Below, in pieces: positions 54,462 through 64,000 of a stretch of 64,000 bases of DNA. The position numbers and the translations under genes were made by a program. The stretch is taken from NCBI GenBank assembly GCA_951406725.2, contig OX597814.1:142662001-142726000 (forward strand), written 5' to 3'. Below the pieces are notes generated by a model. The model had not been told where the DNA came from and did no database searches. It saw nothing but the letters and a program-made list of their open reading frames with translations. Each line of letters begins with the position of its first letter. Position 1 is the first letter of the stretch. Origin of the DNA: Octopus vulgaris. Its lineage: Eukaryota.

Positions 54462-54572
54462 CTGTTGTAGAGTTTCTGCGCCAGTTGGTGTATAATTGGC
54501 CACAGAAGTATTTATTTTCTTAGCAGCAGTCACCAGTTCACGATAACCTTTTCCCTCAATGATACCAAATTT
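54462..54572 (-). CDS. TIGAR: TIGAR-like, penultimate exon
   Basis: TTTTAG acceptor and GTAATT donor; 111 nt, phase 0 to 0. Translates KFGIIEGKGYRELVTAAKKINTSVANYTPTGAETLQQ (cf. KYGVVEGKALSEL...FTPPGGETLDQ). Confidence 0.92.
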
Positions 54573-54792
54573 CTAAAATTATAAAAAAAAAAGTAAATAT
54601 AAAATAAACAGTTAATACGATGTTGTATACATGAAAGATAATGAAAAAAAAAAATGAAGCAGAAATGTTTGTAATTTAAACAATATTTTGCACATAATTT
54701 AATTCAAAGTGTGCATTGCACAGACACAAATATATTATTAATACATCACTATCACTCATATCATTTTAATATTTTGTAATATGGTGAAAGGT

Positions 54793-55070
54793 GGAGGCGC
54801 AATGGTAGTGGTTAGGGCTACAGACTCGCGGTCGGATGATTGCAGTTTCGATTCCCAGACCAGGCGTTGTGTGTGTTTATTGAGCGAAAACACCTAAAGC
54901 TCCACGAAGCTCCAGCAGGGGGTGGTAGCGACCCCTGTTGTACTCTTTCTTCCTGTTTCTTGAGTAACGTTGTGATGGACTGGTGTCCTGTCCAGCTGGG
55001 GGGAACACATACGCCATAGAAACTGGGAAACTGGGCCTATGAGCCTGGCTAGGCTTGAAAAGGACACATG
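54793..55070 (+). mobile_element. tRNA-derived SINE family C; representative copy
   Basis: tRNA-like head GGAGGCGCAATGG..AGTGGTTAGGG...GTTTCGATTCCC with A and B boxes. Related copies at about 19277, 20028, 34330-34545, 36530-36825, 38797, 39680, 41928, 52063 and 55313. Confidence 0.75.
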
Positions 55071-55589
55071 AATAATAATAATAAATACGGTGAAAGCAGC
55101 GATTTGATAGAATTGTTAGCATGCCAGGCAAAATGTTTACAGCATTTCGTCTACCTTCACGTTCTGAGTTCAAATTCCACCAAGGTCCACTTTGCCTTTC
55201 ATCAGTTTGGGGTCAATTAAACAAGTACCAGTTGAACACTAGGGATGATGTAATTGACTTACCCCTACCTGAAATTTCTGGCCTTGTGCCAAAGTTTTGA
55301 AATCGTTATTTTGTAATATGGTATTTGCTGTGAAGGTGCATGGCTTAGTGTCCAGTGCATATTCAGCTCACGATTGCAAGGCCGTGAATTCAATTCCTGG
55401 CGATATGTTATGTCTTAAACAAGACACTTTATTTCATGTTACTCCAGTCCACTCAACTGGCAAAAATGAGTGGTACCTATATTTAAAAGGGCCAGTATTT
55501 TTACATTCTGTGTCACGTTGAATCTCTCCAAGAACTATGTTAAGGGTGTGCATGTCTGTGGAGTTCTCAGCCACTTGCACATTAATTTC

Positions 55590-55626
<37 letters not shown>

Positions 55627-56157
55627 GATTACATTCATATTTTACAGTTAAGGTATTATAACAACATGTACTGGAGTGCTGGCATTACACAAATAGAAAA
55701 AAAAGTAAAAACAAAGATCAATGCAGACACTACTGCACTAATGAATCAGAAGAAAGCAAACAAACATTCATAAAAAAGACTTTTCTGTTAACCATTAGGA
55801 GAGACTAAAAGCATTATAGATTTGCTTCCTGTAGGATAGAAATTTTGGGAATTTGAACAAGAGAGACAGTTACATTGGAAACTATTTCAGTAATTTACTT
55901 TAGAACAATTACATTAACACACTTGTTATTGTATTATTAACAGAATATACAGCTCATAAGTTTCAAATGATTTAAAAATAAAAACGGTCAAGAATTTTAA
56001 AGGGCTTAGTAAAATAACTAACTTTGCCATTACTAAGGTTGGTACAATTTCCCTCTTAATTGGAGAAAGAAAACAAGAAAACACAGTCATAAATGTTGGC
56101 AGCTCTCAATTTTTATTATTAAGCAGGTTCTAAAATAAAATGACGATAGACGATTTA

Positions 56158-56371
56158 CAAGGGGATGCTGAAGAGATCCTGGCTTTGGGTAAAACAAAAT
56201 ACAGGAGGATCAGTCAATTATGATTTTATTCAACATATTCCCCACTCAGATTCACACACTTATTGCAGCAGTCCTTCAGTTTTTCTAAGCCCTGTAAAAG
56301 AACTTGGGAAGGTTGAGCCTTCAACCCTTTCGTGATACCCTTAAAGCCAGGAAATTCTCAGCACTCCCTTG
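56158..56371 (-). mobile_element. mariner-derived MITE in a TIGAR intron
   Basis: TA-flanked imperfect ~28-bp TIRs (CAAGGGGATGCTGAAGAGATCCTGGCTTT / AAAGCCAGGAAATTCTCAGCACTCCCTTG). The minus strand retains a transposase C-terminus, GLEKLKDCCNKCVNLSGEYVE*. Confidence 0.8.
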
Positions 56372-56609
56372 TAAGCTCGAACAAAAACTCTTTAAAGCAA
56401 ATAGTTTTGTGTTATAGAACTAAGAGTGGTCTCAAGTAGGCTGGTATCAAAAAAAGGTAAAATTCTCATATGACACAAGATTTCTCAGGGGTTGCATAAT
56501 TGACAGAGTGATGATCAACCGACAAAAACTCAGATTTCGTAGCCAAGACAATTAACTCTTTGTGGCCCTCTCCACCTAACTCTAAGTTTGTACCACAGAT
56601 AATATATAT

Positions 56610-56830
56610 ATTTCTTTACTACCCACAAGGGGCTAAACATAGAGGGGACAAACAAAGGGATTAAGTCGATTATATTGACCCCAGTGCGTAACTGGTACTT
56701 ATTTAATCGACCCCGAAAGGATGAAAGGCAAAGTAGACCTTGGCGGAATTTGAACTCAGAACGTAACGGAAGACGAAATACGGTTACGCATTTCGCCCGG
56801 CGTGCTAATGTTTCTGCCAGCTCGCCGCCT
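56610..56830 (-). mobile_element. SINE family D (AGGCGGCGAGCTGGCAGAA head; GAGTTCAAATTCC B-box; GCCTTTCATCCTTTCGGGGTCGAT core); representative copy
   Basis: Copies at about 4773-4865, 25450-25790, 33948-34175, 35465-35675, 36200-36410, 53550-53773 and 55095-55295. Confidence 0.75.
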
Positions 56831-59159
56831 TTACTACTATAGGCAGTGTTTTCATTGCAAAACTGATTAAGTATATACTGGCTTGTAATGCCAAGTTCAG
56901 TTCCAGCCTTGGGTAATGCTATCAGCAATACGTGAATACCTTGTCCAATGAAAGTTGACCTCCATTTACTAACTGCTATTGGAAACAGAGACAAGAGAGC
57001 ACTTTCTCTAAGGATCCTAAAAATTTGGAAAGGATTAGCAAGATTTTTGTACAAGCAACAATATTATTTGTTAAATACACAAATGTAATACCAAGCAGAG
57101 TCAGAACACTGCTATAAATTATAATTTTTACTTCTAAACAGCTAAATTATATTCAACAATATAAAAATATAAATAATTAGAAAAAGAAAATACTACTACT
57201 ATAATGAAATAGAGTCCAAGTATTTTATTCTGTTATCACCAGTAAGAACTGAAGTATATATTTTAAATGAGTTCTTACATTGCTGTTATCAGTAAATTAT
57301 ACTGGCAATACAAAACCACACAGTATTTTAGAAAGATTACTTCATTATATCTGCTTTTATGATTTGATAATATCGAGAGATCTTTCAAAACTACCACAGG
57401 ATAAAGAGATTTGATAAGATTGGCGATATCTCTGACAATCATATTGAATATTGTTACGTATCTTCCTTACGTCACTTTGCCATCGTTGGAATAGTATGTT
57501 AGGCTACACTGACCCAGAGGAATATGTCATAGCAACATGACACAGGAACAAAAGAACGGCAAAAAGTGGAAGTACTTAATGGAATATAGAGTAACAACAG
57601 TTCAGAATTACTTGACAATAAAACCAACAAGGACAAGAAAATAAAGATGCCAAAAAGACACTATTATACATATATAATTCTTATAGTAGTTCTTCATTTA
57701 TTTTTATTCTGCTGTATTTTTCTTTCTAGCAATGGACATTTAGGCATCATAAAGCTTTTGTACTGATTTAGAAAGCAAAAAAAAAAAAACCTCAGCTAAG
57801 TTCACTATTTTTACCTGTCATCTTTTATAGACATATTTACGGTTATGAGAAGCCATTTCATGGATGCAAGGAATAGTAGTGAAATATCCCTCAAATTATA
57901 GCCTAAGCTTTGATTACAGTTCTGGTCAAGAGCTAAACAACGTTATAGTTTGGGTCATAAAATATTATTTAAGTTACTGGTGGACAATAGGATAGTGACT
58001 AACTTCAGCTTAAGATCCACAACAGGGTTAGCAGATGAATAGAGAGGTCTGTGTGACAAGATGCTATTCATAAATCACAAGCTAACATTGTGGGAGGACA
58101 GTATTGTAGATACAACATAAGTTTGAAGAGATGAGGAAATCTTTCAAGTTCTTTTCTCTGGGCAAGTGTCATAGTTAAAATAAATATAGATGCAAGAATG
58201 AGTGTGTGGTAAGAAGTTTGCTTCCCAACCACATGGATCTGGGTTCAGTTCCACTGTGTGGCATCTCGGGCAAGTGTCTTCTACTTCTTTGTGATTGGAT
58301 TTGACAGATGGAAACCAAAAGACCATCATCATCATCATCATCATCATCATTTAATGTCTGTTTTCCATGCTGACATGAGTTACACACACACACACACACC
58401 TATGTGTTTGCCTTTTTGTTTGTATTTGGCCCCCACCACTGCTTGACAACTGGTGATGGTTTGTTTACAGCCCCATAAATTATTGGTTCAGCAAAAGAGA
58501 CTGATAGAACAAGTACCACACTTAAACAAAATAAATACTAAGACTGCTCAATTCAACTAAAACCCTTCAAAGTGGTGCTCCAGCATGACCGCCAACCAAT
58601 GACTGAAACAAGTAAAAGATAATTACTGTGGTTTCAATGTTTTGACCTCAGACCCTTTACCTGCTGTGCACAGAATTTTCTTTTCTCTTCATCAATAATG
58701 GGATTCTTCCTTCCCACATAGTAACTACATTTACACTACAACACTTCTTCAATTATTTCTTATCAATACAAACCCTCATTAACTTCTTCCAATTCTAGAT
58801 TCCCCGAAACTTGGTGCTCACCCATCTATGTCCGTTCATACATATTACATATGGCTCCTTTAAATATGATTGAATAGCTCTCATGGGCCACTAGCTTTCT
58901 GATTGCCCACCAGAGTTACTAAACTTGAAGAGAAAGGAATAATTTTGACAATACCATATGTAAAGAGGATAGAGAAGTAGGAAGTGTTTTGAATAACGAT
59001 GCAGCATATGAAGTAACATATGCTATATCAGTGGAGAAAATATGTATTAGAAATGATAAAAGCTTGTTTGTTTATTCTTAAAGACAGCACAAAGTAAGGA
59101 GAGGGGGGGGAGGAACCAGATAAGTGTTACTATGCCAGACTTTTTGAATAAATAGCACA

Positions 59160-59520
59160 AAATAAACAGAAATATTCTATTGGATCCAATGCTGAAGCCA
59201 ACGGTAGAAATAATAAGACAAGGAATAGTGAATAAAACAATTATGTCAATGAAGTCACAGAAAGCTGCTAGAGTAATTGCTGATATGTTGAAAAATATCA
59301 AAGAAGTTTAGGTAATCCAAGTCAAATTTGTGTAGGAAGGTGTTATTCTTGCTACTGGTATACACAGCAGAAACGTTTTGCTGTAACAAAAGCAAGGAAG
59401 ATGCACTGGAATGGAGTTAAGCTAATGGATTACATAGTGAACGTGTTAGACAGTTTGTAACCAAGCTAATATACTTGAAAAAGCTGTGATGTACAAAATG
59501 GTTATTTGGTTTATTCCAGG
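59160..59520 (+). mobile_element. Highly degraded RTE-type LINE ORF2 fragment in a TIGAR intron
   Basis: Broken frames give MSMKSQKAARVIADMLK...EGVI...KEDALEWNGVKLMDYIVNVLD, resembling the pre-RT MK.GKA.G..AEMLK / KGDALE..NYRGIKL motifs. Confidence 0.5.
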
Positions 59521-61728
59521 ATGACGATGATGATGATGATAAAAAAGCAAAAAAAAGCATCATAAATGTCATATATTTAGCTGGCAAAACAGCAGGAGAT
59601 ATGATGACGACAGCAAGATGAAATTATAAACAAAATGAATGAGTGAAAAAATTTAAAAAAATTTTTTTAAAGGATAGCGGGGGGAGGGGAAATATGGCTA
59701 AAGGTATCATTGGCAATAGGAAAATGGATTTTAAAAACAATAAAGACATACATAATGATTGTGCTACTTGTAAAGGAGGAACTCAGTCAAGGGCAAACTA
59801 TTCTATTTTGCATTTGTTGATCTTCAAATGAATATATAAAGAAATGAACAAAGAAAAAGAGCCTTTGATGGTGTCATACATTTTACAGTCTGGCGGGCAA
59901 TCAGAAAGCTAGTAGCCCATGAGAGTCGTTCAGTCGTATGCAAAGGAGCTAAATGCGATATACACAAATGGATACAGATGGGTGAGCACGAAGTTTCAAT
60001 AGTTCCTAATGACTTATTTATATATTTTATAATGCAATCAACGAACAATAGTGGCATTAGTTACACGTTTTCAATGGCTTAATCACTGCTTCATTGCATT
60101 TCTGACAGTGGCGCTGACAAGAGTGTCTGCAACCCAGTGTAGAACAAATATCACATTCATACAGTTTCCTTGTTGGTGTTTGTATCCACTGCCAACATAT
60201 ATCAGTGAAAGAAAGGAAGTACAAACACACACACACACACATTATCATCATTTTAATATCTACTTTTACATGTTTACATGTATTAGATAGAATTTATTGA
60301 GGCAGATTTTCTATGGTCAGATATCCTTATGATACCAACCAGTACCTGTTTCCAAGGAAGGTAATTTTCGCCCAAAGCTAGACATATTTTCACAGAATAT
60401 TGGAAATAAAGGACACTGTTTCAATGATAGTGACAACCATTTTACAATTTTCACAAGATGTCAAGGCAATGTGACACAAACCACCCTACCTATACACACA
60501 CACACACACACACACATAAATATGCCATGAGAAAAGTTCCCAGTCCACTCTGTAAAGTGGTTGGCATTAAGAAGGGCAGTAGAACCTGGTGCAGGCCTCT
60601 GGCTTGCTAGCTCCTATGAGACCATCCAACCTATACCAGCAGGGAAGATGGATGTTAAACTACTACTACGGCGATGGTGACGACAATGATATATACAATG
60701 CACTTCTTTCAGTTTCCATCTATCAAATCCACTAATAAGGCTTTGGTTGACCTATATTGATGACACATGCCCAAGCTGCCAGCAGAGGGGCTGAACCCAG
60801 AACACCATGTCGTTGGGAAACAAACTTCTTACCAAACAGCCAAACCTGTGCCTAGAGTAGATATGAATGTGTAGTTACAAAATTTGTTTCATGGCAACTG
60901 TGATTTTGAGTTTGGTGCCACTGTATGGCACCCTAGACAAGCGTGTTCAGGCTAAACAATTCCATTACAAGTGGAATTGGGAGATAGAAACAGAGAGCAA
61001 GCCCATCAAATCAGTGTTTTTACAAAAACCAAAAAGAAAGAAAAAAAATTAATGCATTTGTGCTGACATAAAATACCACTGAATTTAATATACTAAATAA
61101 ATATTCATTACTTCATATATATATATATAATTTGCATACAAGAGACAAAATGTTACTGATCTTCCATAGATCACTTTATCAAAGTGTAAACATCGCATCT
61201 ACTAGTCCTGTATAGTTGAAATACTATGCCAGGCTGCACTGACCCAGAAGACTATGTCTTAGCAACACACATGACACATGAACAAAAGAATGACAAGACT
61301 TGAAGGTCATTATGGGAATATGAAGCAACATTTCAGAATTAGATGACAATAAATCAACAAGGATGAGAAAATGTTTCAAGAGACCGTAAAGAAGTCTAAG
61401 AGAAAACTTTTTTTTAAAGTTTACACATAAAGCAAAAATAAATGATATATAGAATAATTATCTATATGCAAAGAATATAATAAAGCTATAAATTCAATGA
61501 TTGTTTTGAATACTATATGTAAAATATTCTTAGGAATTTCTCAATTAGTGGGTGAAAGAAAACAAAGAAAAAAAAACCTTAGTTGCAATTGTTGGTGACA
61601 TTCAAAGTAAAAAGGGAGATAATTCTAAGAAATTTGGAATTCATTTTCTATAAAATCATATTAACATTTAGTGTGCCCCTGGTGGTTAACTTATTATAGG
61701 GAAGACAGTAACTCCTAGATTAATTTAA

Positions 61729-61950
61729 CCCTTTTGATACCAACCCGGCTGAAACCGGCTCTAGCTCTGAGTACAAATGTCTTATTTTCATAAGTTTTGA
61801 ATTAAAATCTTCCACCAAACCTTAGTCACAATTAATGTTCCTAACACTAGCTGAATGATAACTAAGTTATTTTACTAAATTCTTTGTTATATTTAAAGTA
61901 TTTGAAAGAAATACAGAGCATCTCAAAATAAACACAGTAACAAAAGATTT
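61729..61950. mobile_element. piggyBac-like MITE, same family as 11726-11945, in a TIGAR intron
   Basis: TTAA|CCCTTTTGATACCAACCCGGCTGAAACC... The body is nearly identical to the 11726 copy; the right TIR is decayed. Confidence 0.8.
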
Positions 61951-62405
61951 GAAAGTTTGGATTTTATATCACTGTGTAAAGGTGTACAGAGCATGTACAT
62001 TGAATTTTTAAAAACACTTTATAAAGTTCTTAAAGTTGGTTGAGCATGTATGTGAAAGAAAGAGAGACAGAAGTAGATCATGAAAGAGAGACAGATAGAG
62101 ACATAAGACAGGGAGACAAAGAGAGAAGGAGATACATATATATATATATAAAGGGGAAGTTTAAACAAACAAATGTATTAGTATAGCGCTCAGGAATAGA
62201 AAAAGTCTTTTATGTTTCGAGCCTACGCTCTTCGACAGAAAGGGACACAGAAAAAAACAAGGAGAGAAAAAAAATATATATATTACATAACACATCATGT
62301 GAAACAAAATCTATCTTAAAAAATAAACCTTAAAAGTATAAAACACACACACACACAAACACATACACACTCACACACAGAATCCACAGAAGTTATAAAA
62401 CTTAC

Positions 62406-62602
62406 CCGTTCCCGAAGACGTTTGTCATGGACTATAATAATATGTTCACAGCATTTGTTGTTTTCTACTATCACCTTTGCGGTCTCAGCAGCACGGTTAA
62501 GGTCACTTGCAAAGACATGGGTAAAGTTCTCGTTCTGTAGCCGACCAGCTACCAGACGGACTTGGTCGAGACCAGTAGACGATAATTGCCAATCTTTCTG
62601 GC
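62406..62602 (-). CDS. TIGAR: TIGAR-like fructose-2,6-bisphosphatase (histidine phosphatase), internal exon; the RHG-containing N-terminal exon(s) were not found in the window
   Basis: TTGCAG acceptor and GTAAGT donor; 197 nt, phase 1 to 0. Translates GQKDWQLSSTGLDQ...FTHVFASDLNRAAETA...HDKRLRER, matching the TIGAR motifs FTHAFSSDLMRTKQT and DSRLRER. Confidence 0.9.
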
Positions 62603-62944
62603 CTGCAATAAGGAAATATCTCTTTAATGCTAAATATATCCAGACATGATAATTTAGTGACAATTTAGCTGATGTAATGTAGAAAGATACAGAAATAAAA
62701 AAAAATAAATAAATATAAAATAAACAAAACAATACATATGCAGTGAAAATTCATCAAATGTTCAATCTACAATATGGTGTTTGTGTGTGTGTGTGTGTGT
62801 GTGCACGTCCGTGTGCACATATATAACAAAAATGAGCTCAGAAAATAAGTCATGGCTGGTGGAATGTATTTGAACATAGACAAATACAGGTATATCAGAT
62901 ACCATGCAATAAAAATTCTTGATTTATTAAAATTATCTCCAGCG

Positions 62945-63383
62945 CTGCCCCAACGGGCCTCCGTGCCGGTGGCATGTAAAAAAGCACCATCTGATCATGG
63001 CCGTTGCCAGCTTTGCCTGGCCCCCATGCTGGTGGCACGTAAAAAGCACAATCCGATTGTGACCGTTGCCAGCCTCGCCTGGCCCCCGTGCCAGTGGCAC
63101 GTAAAAAGCACCATCCGATCGTGGCCATTGCTAGCCTCGCCTGGCACGTAAAAAGCACCATCCGACCATGGCCGTTTGTCAGCCCCGTCTGGCACCTATG
63201 CCGGTGGCACGTAAAAAGCACCCACTACACTCACGGAGTGGTTGGCATTAGGAAGGGCATCCAGCTGTAGAAACATTGCCAGATCAGACTGGGCCTGGTG
63301 CAGCCTTCTGGCTTCCCAGACTCCAGTTGAACCGTCCAACCCATGCTAGCATGGAAAGCGGACGCTAAATGATGATGATGATG
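62945..63383 (+). mobile_element. SINE-like family A, young CpG-rich copy with ~6 internal minisatellite units
   Basis: Repeated GGCACGTAAAAAGCACCATCCGA units, then the conserved core and a (GAT)n tail. Confidence 0.8.
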
Positions 63384-64000
63384 AATTACCAAATGACAAT
63401 CAAAATGAGCTCCACCTGATAAAAGAGAGATTATTTCATGATTAATGAACTTTCCAAAGTTGATGGACCATTAAAGGAAAGGACAGGCATATTGTCAGAG
63501 ATACGAGGACAGTTGTGTACATATCATTTCTATTATGTTAAACTGTCGTATGTCCAAATTTGGTCAAATGCATTTTTTTTTTCAATATTTATTTTTGCTT
63601 GCAATAGCTGGTTCTTCTGGTCAAACTATCGTATCTCAAGCCACTTCGGATGCCAAGATATCAAAAATTGCCAAAGTGTTTTTGCTATGGAATGGTGAAA
63701 CTTTTTTGTTGTTTTCTGAAAAAACATTTTGGACTTACGGCATTTTTGCACAACAATATGTTTCTACCTCAATAGGTGTCATCAGTAAGACAATTTTCAA
63801 ACATTCCTCCAATAACCAAAGAATTTAGGCTTACACAAAAAGGAGAATACAACTATGCCTGAGAAATTTGTATTGTGCTGGTGCCACATAAAAGTAGATG
63901 TGCAGTGCCATGCAAAAGCATCCATACGGTGCCATGTAAAAGCACCCATACAGTTCCCATGTAAAAGTGCCTGTGTGGTGCCATATAAAAGCCCCCAGCA

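Noticed and set aside
54793-54860. tRNA-like sequences with A/B boxes at many positions
   Set aside because: They are SINE heads that run into SINE bodies and do not form complete cloverleaves, so no tRNA gene is called.
62603-64000. Search for the TIGAR N-terminal RHG exon(s)
   Set aside because: No matching minus-strand exon was found; they presumably lie beyond the right edge. The ORFs at 63438-63828 are unrecognisable.

Overview
AT-rich, repeat-dense eukaryotic genomic DNA. The SINE and microsatellite content suggests a coleoid cephalopod such as Octopus; this is an inference, not a database result. Three spliced protein-coding genes can be built by hand with GT-AG introns and consistent phases. 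(1) DPCD, minus strand, 5' part only: exons 4258-4318, 1857-1937 and 369-490, continuing off the left edge. (2) EMG1/NEP1 rRNA pseudouridine methyltransferase, plus strand, complete: join 5420-5551, 6477-6578, 7350-7491, 9305-9363, 10535-10684, 11123-11236 = 232 aa, head-to-head with DPCD. (3) A TIGAR-like histidine phosphatase, minus strand, 3' part: exons 62406-62602, 54462-54572 and 49922-51625. Its last exon carries a ~400-aa low-complexity insertion inside the catalytic domain and an ~80-aa tail. The ~38 kb between EMG1 and TIGAR has no recognisable host gene. It holds SINEs of at least four families, a deleted mariner, MITEs, a young CR1-like LINE 3' fragment, a bipartite RTE derivative, a non-autonomous Helitron, Penelope-type hammerhead remnants, minisatellites, paired GA/CT tracts, several fold-back hairpins and a 3.4-kb (TA)n array. 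I found no clear multi-gene novel system. The best leads are the remodelled TIGAR, the compact DPCD/EMG1 divergent promoter and the dsRNA-forming or ribozyme-like elements. Homology calls are from remembered reference sequences, not searches.
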